From the NCBI GenBank assembly GCA_963728405.1, contig CAVSJV010000002.1, positions 128,001 through 192,000 on the forward strand: 64,000 nucleotides of DNA. The letters run 5' to 3'. Made by a program: the position numbers and the translations under genes. Positions 20,366-30,578 of the stretch are shown in pieces. The number at the start of each line of letters is the position of its first letter. The stretch's first letter is position 1. The DNA comes from Methanomassiliicoccaceae archaeon (GTDB lineage: Archaea > Thermoplasmatota > Thermoplasmata > Methanomassiliicoccales > Methanomassiliicoccaceae). Below the pieces are notes generated by a model. The model did no database searches. It was given only the letters and a program-made list of their open reading frames with translations, and was not told where the DNA came from.

Positions 20366-20791
20366 ATGGATGAGATCGAGGACACGAAGATAATCGCCTT
20401 CCTATGCAATTGGTGTTCCTATGCCGGAGCGGACCTGGCCGGGGTAAGCCGGCTCCAGATGCCTACCAACGTCCGCAATGTCAGGGTGATGTGTTCGAGC
20501 CGGGTGAACCCCGTATTCCTCCTGAAGGCCTTCCTAGGCGGCGCTGACGGTCTGCTCGTGGCGGGCTGCCACCCCAAGGACTGCCATTACACTCGAGGCA
20601 CTTACTTTACCCGCCGCCGGATCGTCCTCCTGAAGAACATTCTCGAGACTCTTGGGTTGGAGGATGACCGGTTAAAACTGACCTGGATCTCAGCCTCGGA
20701 GGGGAGGAAGTATTCCGAGGAGGTCAAGGACCTGGCCGAGCGGGTGAACAAGTTAGGCCCCAATCCGACCAGGAGCGAGATCTTCCTGTAG
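20366..20791 (+). CDS. mvhD: MvhD-type subunit (copy 2)
   Basis: FLCNWCSYAGADLAG, GCHPKDCHY, WISASEG. Confidence 0.92.
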   Translation: MDEIEDTKIIAFLCNWCSYAGADLAGVSRLQMPTNVRNVRVMCSSRVNPVFLLKAFLGGADGLLVAGCHPKDCHYTRGTYFTRRRIVLLKNILETLGLEDDRLKLTWISASEGRKYSEEVKDLAERVNKLGPNPTRSEIFL

Positions 20792-20827
20792 GGGGGAACA
20801 TGGGCGGAGCAGATGATCGGTCGATGC

Positions 20828-23077
20828 TCATGAGCGGCTCTGGGAGCAGCTAGGGTCGCTGGCCACCACGCGACCATTGACCACATCAGCCTTTATCAGG
20901 GTTTTTATCTTCAAGGCCAGTTCTTTCTCTAGCCTTTCCTTCCCCGTCCCCTTTTCGATCACCACGATCACATCCACGACCACCACCCCCATCGACATCA
21001 GCGCCCGCACGATCGAAGACAGCGTGCCTCCGGTGGAGACGATGTCGTCCACGACGACGACCCGGTCCCCTGATCTGAGACCATTGATATACATCTGGCA
21101 TTTCGAGTACCCGGTGATCTGGCAGACGCTGATCTCCCCCGGCAGGCCGTACTTACGCTTCCTCACGATGTTGTACGGGATCCCGGTGCGGAGGGACAAC
21201 GGTATGGCCAGAGGTATGCCCATGGCCTCCGGGGCCACGATGAGGTCGCAATCAAGGTTAGCTATATCCATGATGCGGTCGATGATCTCATCCAGCACCT
21301 TCGGGTCCATGAAAGGGATGCCGTCGGTGATCGGGCATACGAAGTAATCGTAGCCTCCCATAAGGACGACCGGGGACTCTTCTACGCACTTCTTCAGAAG
21401 GCTAGGCATCAATACTGTGAAACCGCTCGCGGGCTTATCTATCCGTCCATCATCCATTACCGGATTCACGAACTTCATGTGAACACTATCGTACAGCCCC
21501 CGGTCCCCGAGCTTGAGCTCAGGAACGACCAGCAAGGATTGGAACGACAATGTCGCGAACGGCTCGGGCAGGGGGCACCCGAGGCCCTTGACGAATTCGT
21601 TGATCTCCACTTCCTTTATGGCCACCTCTTTGCACGGCCGATCGCTCATCAGGCCGGCGATGGGAAGTTCGAGCCTCCTTATCCGTTCACCACCGATGGC
21701 GATATAGCCGCCACCCTGAAGAGTTAGGCCGTTGATGGCGGCGGCCAGCACATCATGGTTCGTTCCCACTACGATGATGTTATGAGAATCGTGGGCCACC
21801 GATGAGGCTATCGCCCCGGACCTAAGACCGAACCCCTTGACGAATGCTAACGCAGGCTTAGCCTCGGCGTATCGATTTACGACCGCCAGTAGCAGGACGT
21901 CCTGAGAACTGTCTGGTACGACGTGTCCATCGACGACCATCAGTTGGGCCACTTTTGCGCGGCTGGTGATATGGTCCGGTCTGACCTCGATGACCCGGAC
22001 CATGGCCACCTTGCCCGCCGCCTGGATCATCAGGTCGGCCCTATCGATGGCCAGGCGAGGCATGGTAGGGGCCATGGAAGTGGGCCTTGTGTTGAACAGG
22101 GGAACCCCGTTCTTGGCCACGAGTTTTCCGCCGATCCAGGTCTCCAGTACCTTGAACTCACTCAGGTCCTCGACCACTACGAGATCGGCAACCCCGCCGA
22201 CCCGCAGCGTGCCCCCCTGCAGGCCATAGTGTTCGGCCGGCCACAGCGTGGCCGCTCGAACGGCGTGCATCGGGTCGACCCCGCCCCCCACCGCTTTCTT
22301 CAGGAGACCGTCGAGATGCCATCTGATGAGGTCGACGGCGTGAAGGTCGTCGGTGACCAGGAAGTGCCTGTGCTCTCGGGCGAACGGCAGGAGCATCTCA
22401 AGGTCCTTGGCGGCACTTCCTTCCCTGACCATGATCGTCATGCCCTTGCGGTACTTCTCCTCTGCCTCCTCCAGGCTCACGCACTCATGATCGGTGGTTA
22501 TGCCCGCTGCGATATATCTGTCCAGGTCGACTCCTCTAAGGTCCGGGCAGTGGCCGTCCACTGGCTTACCCAGCAGCTTGGCCACTTCTATCTTGGCAAT
22601 CATCTCGGGGTCGCCATTGATCACGGCCCAGTAGTTCATCACCTCACCCAGAGCGACGCAGTCCGGTCGGCGCATCATTTCCAGGATATCCTTCCGCTCC
22701 AGTACCGCTCCGGCGGTCTCCCATTTTGTAGAGGGCACGCAGGGGGGAGCAGTGAAGTAGAAGCGAAGTGGCGTCCCCCCTCCGTCCTCGATCATGAACC
22801 TGATGCCCTCCATTCCAGCAACATTGGCGATCTCATGTGGGTTGGTCACCACCGCGGTGGTTCCGTGCAGGACCGCCACCTCGGCGAAGCGGCACGGTGT
22901 GAGTAGCGACGACTCGATATGGATGTGAGCATCGATGAGGCCGGGCAGGATGTAATGGTCCGGAGCATTGGTCAAGCGAGCTACATGTGCGATGATACCC
23001 TGACGAATGGTCAAACGGGCCGGATAGATATCTCCACCGAGCACGTCCACTATCTGGCCGGTGACTTGATGTTCCAT
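20828..23077 (-). CDS. ade: Adenine deaminase in frame with a C-terminal purine phosphoribosyltransferase (Hpt/Apt-like)
   Basis: PGLIDAHIHIESS, NPHEIANV, VAHDSHN; C-terminal part has VVVVDDIVSTGGT PRPP loop and PITDGIP. Confidence 0.85.
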   Translation of the reverse strand: MEHQVTGQIVDVLGGDIYPARLTIRQGIIAHVARLTNAPDHYILPGLIDAHIHIESSLLTPCRFAEVAVLHGTTAVVTNPHEIANVAGMEGIRFMIEDGGGTPLRFYFTAPPCVPSTKWETAGAVLERKDILEMMRRPDCVALGEVMNYWAVINGDPEMIAKIEVAKLLGKPVDGHCPDLRGVDLDRYIAAGITTDHECVSLEEAEEKYRKGMTIMVREGSAAKDLEMLLPFAREHRHFLVTDDLHAVDLIRWHLDGLLKKAVGGGVDPMHAVRAATLWPAEHYGLQGGTLRVGGVADLVVVEDLSEFKVLETWIGGKLVAKNGVPLFNTRPTSMAPTMPRLAIDRADLMIQAAGKVAMVRVIEVRPDHITSRAKVAQLMVVDGHVVPDSSQDVLLLAVVNRYAEAKPALAFVKGFGLRSGAIASSVAHDSHNIIVVGTNHDVLAAAINGLTLQGGGYIAIGGERIRRLELPIAGLMSDRPCKEVAIKEVEINEFVKGLGCPLPEPFATLSFQSLLVVPELKLGDRGLYDSVHMKFVNPVMDDGRIDKPASGFTVLMPSLLKKCVEESPVVLMGGYDYFVCPITDGIPFMDPKVLDEIIDRIMDIANLDCDLIVAPEAMGIPLAIPLSLRTGIPYNIVRKRKYGLPGEISVCQITGYSKCQMYINGLRSGDRVVVVDDIVSTGGTLSSIVRALMSMGVVVVDVIVVIEKGTGKERLEKELALKIKTLIKADVVNGRVVASDPSCSQSRS

Positions 23078-23321
23078 TGGACTGGCCAGTTCGTCATGTA
23101 AGGCATTCGTCACAGATCGCCCCATGGAAGAATTCCATCAGAAGATGCCCATAATACTTTGGTTCGATAGGAGCAAGTCCCTTCGTGAAGGGTAGAGGTC
23201 CGCTCAACGCCCCATCCCATTGCTGTATCGGATGCCCCCGTCGAAAGGTGTCAAGACCGTCAAGAAAATATCGTGAGAACGACGTTAGATGGCCATCGAG
23301 GCAGAGCCTAGGTGAAAATAT

Positions 23322-24038
23322 ATGAGCACCGTCGTTTGCATCGGGGGAGGAATGTTCGGCTCCAAGGCAGCTTTGGCTAGCCGGCGGAGAAGTGCAAAGG
23401 TGCTGGTGATTGACACCAACGAAAGCTGCCAGGCAAGCAAAATAGCCGATCTTATCACTAAGGATGTGGACTCCATCCTCCACGCCGCCCCCGGAGAAGT
23501 GAGGTTATTCATCGGTGAGGGGGCCTCCACGCTCGATGATATCCTTGCTCATTGGGTCCCCGACCTCGTCGTCCCCGCATCAAAAGGCCATCTCGCGGCC
23601 CATCTGGCCGTAGAGCATTGTCGTAGGCAGGGGAGGAGGTTGGAACCCATCTCACCAATGCAAGGACTGGCAGGCGCGCTCCCCCCTGGCTCGGTACTTA
23701 TTTCTGACGATAAGCTCGGTGTCATTGTGACCAGCCATATGGCGCAGGGAAAGATGTGCCGAGAGGACTGCGAGCAGCCCGAGATATGTCCAGTGAGCGG
23801 GACTCTGATCCCTTCCCCCATGCATCACTCCATAGAGGAAGCATTTAGCGGGTCGGTGGACCGGCAGTTCGTGATGGTGACCACGGGGACCGGTCAGTTC
23901 GGCGGCATAAAGGGTTCGGACCTGAAAGTGATGCTCGCCTCTCTCGACGACCTGAAGGAAGGAACGACCTGTGGGATCGCCACCGCCTGCAGGTGCCATG
24001 GCATCATAAATCTATTTCGGATTCTTGGTCTGATCTGA
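23322..24038 (+). CDS. Conserved hypothetical protein with N-terminal Rossmann fold and Cys-rich C-terminus
   Basis: VCIGGGMFG; CREDCEQPEICP; ATACRCHG. Confidence 0.65.
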   Translation: MSTVVCIGGGMFGSKAALASRRRSAKVLVIDTNESCQASKIADLITKDVDSILHAAPGEVRLFIGEGASTLDDILAHWVPDLVVPASKGHLAAHLAVEHCRRQGRRLEPISPMQGLAGALPPGSVLISDDKLGVIVTSHMAQGKMCREDCEQPEICPVSGTLIPSPMHHSIEEAFSGSVDRQFVMVTTGTGQFGGIKGSDLKVMLASLDDLKEGTTCGIATACRCHGIINLFRILGLI

Positions 24039-24098
24039 TCCTAACAAAAGATGTCCTTTGAATTTGGATCGACGGTGCTCGATGTTAGCTCCCATTCA

Positions 24099-24806
24099 TC
24101 ATGGACCTTTGCCTATGTTCGGCTCTTCAGTGACAATTTTGAAGTTGAACATCGGCGTCTTCAGTAGACCGAAAAGCCTAACCCAGATCGGCAGGACCAT
24201 CTCAACACCACGCGCTGTGGTGATGTCCCCCATGTCGATAACATCCCTCCAACCATAACCTTCTAGAATGTGCATGACCATTCTTTTCGCCTCCGCATCG
24301 TTACCGCTCAAGAAGGCATGATGGTCCCCTTCCAATAGTTTTCGGGGATCCACCTGCAGAATTGCATTCACGGTGTTGAGCGTTTTGACCACTTTTACCT
24401 TCGGAAATGTCCTCTGGATCTGTTCGCCCAGAGAATCGGTGTTGGAGATGAATAGGGAGGGAGGCATGCCCTTGGAAAAGTCAAGCGGATTGGTGATGTC
24501 AATGAGAACCTTGCCCTGCAGATTCGTGTCCCCAGCCGAACGAAGCGCTTCTAGTGCATGCATACCATTGATGGCATTGATCAACAAGACGCCATGTTTG
24601 GCCGCTTCTGGAAATGATCCCAGTTTCACACGCGGGTTCCTGCTGAGCCATTCTTTGAGCGGGGCGTTCCCCATTGCGTCATATCCACTGACCGCCAAGG
24701 ACCTGTCCACATCTCTCGTTCCCATGATGACCTCATGACCCAATTCCGAAAGCTTTGAGGAATGCGACCGGCCCACTATGCCAGTACCGAGAATACCTAT
24801 CCTCAG
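24099..24806 (-). CDS. NADP oxidoreductase, F420-dependent family
   Basis: (L)RIGILGTGIVG lies in frame upstream of the annotated start; IDITNPLDF, DSLGEQIQ, VVKTLNT. Confidence 0.82.
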   Translation of the reverse strand: MRIGILGTGIVGRSHSSKLSELGHEVIMGTRDVDRSLAVSGYDAMGNAPLKEWLSRNPRVKLGSFPEAAKHGVLLINAINGMHALEALRSAGDTNLQGKVLIDITNPLDFSKGMPPSLFISNTDSLGEQIQRTFPKVKVVKTLNTVNAILQVDPRKLLEGDHHAFLSGNDAEAKRMVMHILEGYGWRDVIDMGDITTARGVEMVLPIWVRLFGLLKTPMFNFKIVTEEPNIGKGP

Positions 24807-25189
24807 CCTATCTACCCTATCTGCACTGGTCCATGTTGCAGTCCATTGCTCATCACTGTTACGGTCGCGTATGCTCCCATACGCTCGGGTCTCAGGGATA
24901 CGATCGGAATATGTGGGTGGAGGGGCGACCCCATAGCGGGAAGATAAGGTGGCACCAACGCTGATCGTCCGGGATGGGATCAGCGATAGTAATTAATCGT
25001 TCTCGGCAACGCCGATGATGTTTTATCGATACCTGCAGGCTCTTCAATCTCAGCGCCCTAAATTGTGCATCTGGACCTCCCCATGTTTCATTGTCCCAGC
25101 TCTGCCGGTAATCAGCTGCGACCACCATGTCGAATATCATGGCCCAGGATAAGGTTTATATTTGACCCCAGTATAAGGTGGAACTACAA

Positions 25190-25276
25190 GCAGGGGTAGC
25201 CAAGCTTGGCCAACGGCGTAAGATTGAGGGTCTTATCCTTAGTGGTTCGTGTGTTCAAATCGCACCCCCTGCACCA
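25190..25276 (+). tRNA. tRNA-Leu(GAG)
   Basis: Acceptor GCAGGGG/CCCCTGC+ACCA; anticodon arm TAAGA-TTGAGGG-TCTTA; long variable arm; GTTCAAATC; TTTATA upstream. Confidence 0.93.
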
Positions 25277-25400
25277 GCTATTTTCATTCTCACTTTTACT
25301 TTAAAAATGACGGGGGCGAGCGACCCGCCCATTTTTGGATAGGATTGGCAACGCGCTTGTTCCATTTCCTACCGGGATTGAAGAGGGATCTGCGATCTGC

Positions 25401-26024
25401 TTATTCGAATCGCAAGACCTCCGCCGGGGACACCTCGTTCGCTCCTCGGGCCGCCGGGACCACGATGAGCATGGTGGCCAGGAATGTCCCGATGCCGACC
25501 AGGAGTATCGCTTCCCAGGGGATCACAAAAGGAAAATTCACTGCTTTGAACCCGGTGTCCCATAGATGGTAACCGACCACTATGCCCAGGGCCGAGCCGA
25601 TCAGAATGCCCAGGATCGCTATGAAGCCGGCCTCCAGGGCGAAATTGACAACCACCAGGCGCGCTTGGTATAACTAATCGCCCGCATGACCCCTATCTCG
25701 ATCCCCCGCTCGCGGATGGAGCGTATGGGGATTATGCCCAGTCCGGTGATGCCGACGATCAGCCCCATGCCCAAGAACGCCCCCATCAGGTTAAAGAAGA
25801 TCTCCGTTTGATCGACCGCCTCCTTGGCCACTGCCTTCATGGAGATGGTGTTCATCTGATAGTTGAAGAACTCGCTCTGGAGCTATGTGGCTTGTTTGTC
25901 CGAGCCCAGCTCCGGAGCCAACTTGATCGGGAAAAGGTTGTTGCTCGGTACATGGAGACCGTCCCTTACAAAGGCCTCCTGGATGAAGGAAAGGTGTCCT
26001 ATCGGACAGCTGAAGCCTAAGCAT
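25401..26024 (-). pseudogene. C-terminal fragment of an ABC transporter FtsX-like permease, frameshifted and truncated
   Basis: LIVGITGLGII..RSIRERGIEIGVMRAI and VPAARGANEVSPAEVLRFE in different frames; no intact 5' part. Confidence 0.65.
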
Positions 26025-26143
26025 ATATTCGTGGTCGAAGGAGAGCAGGACTTCCAGAAGGCGTTAAGCCAGAAGCTGGTCCACTGAAGCGTCTTAAGAA
26101 CACACAAATAAACCCTTCTCCCTAGATCATGTGAGGCTTCACG

Positions 26144-27535
26144 ATGCAAGAGCAACATGCCTTGCCCAATGACATCGACCCAGAGAAGATCGGATCATTT
26201 AAAAGAAGCATAGAGGGCGATCTACTTCGGCCAGGGGATAAAGGATATGATGATGCAAGAAAACTGTTCAATGGATTGATCGATAAAAGGCCGGCGCTGA
26301 TCGCTAAATGCACCAGTGTGGGTGACATCGTTCAATGTGTGAACTTCGCCCGTGAGAATCGTATGCAATTGGCGGTCAGAGGCGGCGGTCATGGTGTGGC
26401 GGGAAAGGCGTTGTGCGATGATGGTCTGGTCATAGATCTCTCCCTTATGAGGGGAGTAAGGGTCGATCCCGAGCAGCTGAGGGCGGTGGTCGAGCCAGGA
26501 GCCCGCTGGCAGGAGCTTGACCTGGCGGCCCAAAGATTTGGGCTTGCCACCACGGGGGGGCGAGTCTCCACGACCGGGATCGCCGGATTCACCCTAGGTG
26601 GTGGTGCAGGGTGGCTGATGGGCCGATGCGGCTTGGCGTGTGATAACCTGGTCTCAGCTGATGTCGTTACTGCCGAAGGCGAAGTGGTCAGGGCGAGCCA
26701 TCATGAGAACCCCGATCTGTTTTGGGCCCTAAGGGGGGGAGGAGGCAACTTCGGTGTGGTCTCATCCTTCGAGTATTCACTTTATCCCGTTAAAACAACG
26801 CTCTCTGGTCTGCTCGCCTGGCCCAGGACAAAGGCTCTTGAAGTGATGAGGTTCTTTGGTGATTTCGCCCTACGGGCCCCCGATGACCTGGGCCTGGTCT
26901 TTGCTTGTGTCACCGGACGGGATGGACGGCCGGCGGTCACTGTGACCACATGCTGGATCGGAGAGATCGAGGAAGGGATGAGGGTACTTGCGCCCATTCG
27001 AGCGTTCGCTTCACCGAGCGTTGACACGATCGCTGAGATGCCGTACGATAAGGTCCAGATGATGCTTGACTACACCGGTGTCTGGGGCTCCCGCAATTAT
27101 TGGAAATCTGGCTTCATTCCCGAGCTGACCGTTGAGGCGATGAGGACGATCATAGATCACACTGAGAATATGCCCTCGCGTTTATCAGCTATACATCTTT
27201 GGCTCCATCATGGGGCCGCCAATCGGGTGGCCGAGGACGAGACCGCTTTTCCCAACAGGTCATTCCCCTTCAACCTCCATATCATTGGGGCTTGGGAAGA
27301 CCCCGATATGGACGCTGATGGTATTGAGTGGGCGAGATCCCTATGGGGGGACATGATGCCGCATTTTGCTGACAGGGCCTATGTCAACTTCGATGACCTG
27401 AAGGATTCTGGCAGGATCAGAGCGGCCTACGGTCCCAACTATGGGAGGCTGGTCCGTGTCAAGACAAAATATGACCCGAGCAACCTGTTCCGCTCTAACC
27501 AGAACATCATGCCAGAGGGAAAGAATGACCGCTAG
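26144..27535 (+). CDS. FAD-linked oxidase, berberine-bridge-enzyme (VAO/PCMH) family
   Basis: VRGGGHG, LGGGAG, DLFWALRGGGGNFGVV, AYVNF, KTKYDPSNLF. Confidence 0.9.
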   Translation: MQEQHALPNDIDPEKIGSFKRSIEGDLLRPGDKGYDDARKLFNGLIDKRPALIAKCTSVGDIVQCVNFARENRMQLAVRGGGHGVAGKALCDDGLVIDLSLMRGVRVDPEQLRAVVEPGARWQELDLAAQRFGLATTGGRVSTTGIAGFTLGGGAGWLMGRCGLACDNLVSADVVTAEGEVVRASHHENPDLFWALRGGGGNFGVVSSFEYSLYPVKTTLSGLLAWPRTKALEVMRFFGDFALRAPDDLGLVFACVTGRDGRPAVTVTTCWIGEIEEGMRVLAPIRAFASPSVDTIAEMPYDKVQMMLDYTGVWGSRNYWKSGFIPELTVEAMRTIIDHTENMPSRLSAIHLWLHHGAANRVAEDETAFPNRSFPFNLHIIGAWEDPDMDADGIEWARSLWGDMMPHFADRAYVNFDDLKDSGRIRAAYGPNYGRLVRVKTKYDPSNLFRSNQNIMPEGKNDR

Positions 27536-27713
27536 TGGAGCGGGAGAGTAAGTGCATCGCTTCTTTGCTTGCATGACGGGCATCGTTACCTCCTTTGGTC
27601 CAAGGGTCAGTGATCCCCACCGTCTGGTTCATCAGTTAAACCCCCGGTGGGCCACGAGTGCATTGAGAAAGATAGATGGGCCGGGTCTCGGCTCATCTTT
27701 CGACGTGGTCCAA

Positions 27714-28025
27714 ATGACATATGCTAGAATAGCTTGGTGAAAGTTCAGGCCCGGCAAGAGGGAAGGAGCAGTGGGTCGGATGGATGGTTTCCTCGATGAG
27801 GCCAAAGCAGCCGATGGGTACCAGGGGCTGATCTCACTGCTCTCCATGAACAACCCCGATCGTGCCACGATAATCACCCTTTGGGATTCCGAAGAAGCGA
27901 TGAGGGCAGTTCAGAGCGGAGTCTACCAGAAAGTTGTAGCAGTGCTATCGAACCTTATCGACGAACCACCTCAAGTGGCAAACCAAGAGGTCCAGACCTT
28001 CGACGTGGCCCAGATATTGGCTTAG
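27714..28025 (+). CDS. ABM/dimeric alpha-beta barrel small protein with in-frame TGA at codon 9 (pseudogene or base error)
   Basis: MTYARIAW*KFRPGKRE...ITLWDSEEA in a single frame. Confidence 0.55.
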
Positions 28026-28100
28026 GCACCGGCATCATCGATCCGACCGTGAACGATCGAGCACGGCCGAACCTCCTTTTTCAGCGATGAGGGCAGATAC

Positions 28101-28505
28101 TCAGATCAGCCGCTTTCCTGCTCCTGCACCGGAGGCGCAATCGTAGACCTCGGTGACCTTCAGGATGAGAAGCGAACGGCACTTGAGCTCTGCCTTCCTG
28201 GCACTGACCATGCCCTTCATCTTCTCATAGTCCTCGCCGGAAGAGGCCACATTCACGTCGGCCTTGATCTTCAAGCATCCTTTTACGCCCTGGGTCCAAA
28301 CATAGATCGAGGCCCTAGGGTTCTCCTGGACGTTCTTCAGGGTGTTGTCCATGAACTGATTGCCGATCCAAATGGTCTCGGGGTCCATCAGGAATACCGA
28401 ACCCACCGGCGCGACATTGGGGTCGCCGCTCTTTGACGCTGTGGCCAGCGGGAAGTACTTGGTCGCGTTGAACGCTTCGATCATTTCGGGTGTAAGTTTG
28501 ACCAT
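28101..28505 (-). CDS. Pyridoxamine 5'-phosphate oxidase-like FMN-binding protein
   Basis: LATASKSGDPNVAP, FMDNTLKNVQENP. Confidence 0.85.
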   Translation of the reverse strand: MVKLTPEMIEAFNATKYFPLATASKSGDPNVAPVGSVFLMDPETIWIGNQFMDNTLKNVQENPRASIYVWTQGVKGCLKIKADVNVASSGEDYEKMKGMVSARKAELKCRSLLILKVTEVYDCASGAGAGKRLI

Positions 28506-28640
28506 GGCAAGAAATCATCATTTCTGGTATATGTCACTTGAGAACGGCTGTTCGTCCCCTTCGCTTTAGGCATCGGGTCGCTTCAGGGCTATCAAATAAC
28601 GGGATAGAGTATAAGTTGACCTGAACCATGGGTGATAGCG

Positions 28641-29768
28641 ATGGAGCCGCTGGAGATAAGCACGTTATTCCCGCCTATGGACCAGGCGTGGCTAGAGCAT
28701 TCAAGAAAAAGGTTCGCCAGCCCTTTCATGGGGACCAAGTATGACCGGATATCGGTCGACCCGATGATGCTCTCCCATGCGGCCGTGGCTTGCGGCTACA
28801 CCATCGGTGATTTCTACCGGACCCCTGAGCTGGGGGCTCATTGCGTAGCCTACGCCTCCCAGCTTTACGATCTTCTTCCGGTCACCCACTGGTACTTTTC
28901 TCTACCCTGGATCACCGAACTGGGGGCGCAGGTCCATTATTCGAACGTTCTGCCGCCGACCACCCGTGATGCCGTGGTCTCCTGCCCCGAGGATGTGGAG
29001 CGGATCGAGGTTCCCGGGGTCGAAGAGATCAAGAAGGGGTGGACCTTCCAGCAGATGACCCGTGCCAACGATTATATCCAGGAGCACCTGCCCCAGATGT
29101 TCCTGCCCATGGCCTCGGTCTCCGACCTGCCCGGCTCGGCTGCACAGCTTTGTGGGGTGGAGAACTTTATCATGTGGACGCTGTCCGAGCCCGATCTGGC
29201 CCATGTTCTCACGAAGAAGTACACCGAGACGGCGATCACCGGGGCGGAGGTCATCGCCGATAAGTACGGAATGGCCATGATATCCACCGGGTCGGTCCTG
29301 GGGAACAATGATATATTCAGCGACCAAGCGGTCATGGAGTTCTCGGCGAGATATCTCAAGAAGTTGGTGGACGGGGCGTTCCGCAAGGGGGCCGGACCTC
29401 AGGTCTTCTACCACATGTGCGGGAACCATGAGACCGACTACAAGATCTTCAAGGATGTTCTGATGTGGTCCCCGTTCACGATAATCCATGTCGGTTACGA
29501 GGGACAACAGGTCTTCCCCACCGGCAAGCTGGTCAAAGAGTTCGGTAACCTCGCTACTATCATGGGCTCGGTGGACACCAAGATCATGATCAACCCGAAC
29601 CCCAGGGCGGTCTACGATCAGGCCAGCAGGCAGATCATTGAAGGGCGGGACAGCCCCAATGGTTTCATCCTGGGCACCGCCTGCGAGACGCCGCCCTTCA
29701 CCCTTCCAGGCAACATCCTGGCCATGGTAAAGGCGGCCAAGGACCATGGGACGTATGGCAAGTGGTGA
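28641..29768 (+). CDS. MtaA/CmuA family methylcobamide:CoM methyltransferase (UroD fold)
   Basis: Zn-ligand HMCG motif, FILGTACE C-terminal Cys, UroD-like architecture. Confidence 0.8.
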   Translation: MEPLEISTLFPPMDQAWLEHSRKRFASPFMGTKYDRISVDPMMLSHAAVACGYTIGDFYRTPELGAHCVAYASQLYDLLPVTHWYFSLPWITELGAQVHYSNVLPPTTRDAVVSCPEDVERIEVPGVEEIKKGWTFQQMTRANDYIQEHLPQMFLPMASVSDLPGSAAQLCGVENFIMWTLSEPDLAHVLTKKYTETAITGAEVIADKYGMAMISTGSVLGNNDIFSDQAVMEFSARYLKKLVDGAFRKGAGPQVFYHMCGNHETDYKIFKDVLMWSPFTIIHVGYEGQQVFPTGKLVKEFGNLATIMGSVDTKIMINPNPRAVYDQASRQIIEGRDSPNGFILGTACETPPFTLPGNILAMVKAAKDHGTYGKW

Positions 29769-30069
29769 TTTCACCACTGTCGGGTCGGTGTTGACGACCA
29801 CCACCCGTCCCGGCCGTGACAGGTCTGTCGCTCGACATACACCGTCATTCCTTGGCCGAAGGGCACTTGAACGTTTGGACCAGTTGGTTGAAAATGAATT
29901 TATCCAGCACAGCTAAAAGGGCCGAACGCAGCTTGTAAGCATCTATCTAACTTTATATTTAATGATGGCCGGAGGGCTAACGAAGATATCTTCGATCGCA
30001 GACAGTGATCGTTAAAAAATCAAAATCCCTTGGGGCCTAATTATAAGAAAAAAAGGTTGGAGGACAGGT

Positions 30070-30240
30070 TTAGAACCTGTCCTTGGGCTTGTGCTTCTGG
30101 AAGCAGTCCCTGCAGTAAACCGGCCTTCCCTCGGTCGGCTTGAACGGTACCTGGGTCTGAGCTCCACAGTCGGAGCACTTTACGTCATGCATTTCACGGG
30201 GTTCGCGGCTGTAGCCGCCCTCTCTCTTGTTTCCGTACAT
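30070..30240 (-). CDS. CxxC-x17-CxxC small zinc-ribbon protein (56 aa; below the ORF track cutoff)
   Basis: MYGNKREGGYSREPREMHDVKCSDCGAQTQVPFKPTEGRPVYCRDCFQKHKPKDRF. Confidence 0.9.
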   Translation of the reverse strand: MYGNKREGGYSREPREMHDVKCSDCGAQTQVPFKPTEGRPVYCRDCFQKHKPKDRF

Positions 30241-30578
30241 TACTAATCTACCTACTGTTGATTATATCCCAAAAAAATCCTTACGGACCCTTTTAGACGG
30301 AAATGGACTAGGCCCTTCTAGTATTTATACAAATGCTTTTGTAGGGAAAATTGACATCGATCCTAGGCGCGTCGACTTTCCCGGGACTTTGATATGCGAA
30401 GGGGTGGTCGGTTTATAGTGGTAAGTCCTCACAGTTTTCTCCATAGGTCCGATTTGCAAGGATTTATATCTGAAGGTACATAATGGAGAGGCTGCCTGAA
30501 CGCGCCGCCGGCACACATCCAGTATGCCGATCGGTCGGCGCGTATAGCCTTGGCAGATAAATCGAACGAGATGTATAC

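Noticed and set aside
23322-24038. PylC (pyrrolysine biosynthesis) assignment
   Set aside because: Only the N-terminal Rossmann-like segment is reminiscent. The protein is too short, lacks an ATP-grasp region and has no pyl neighbours.
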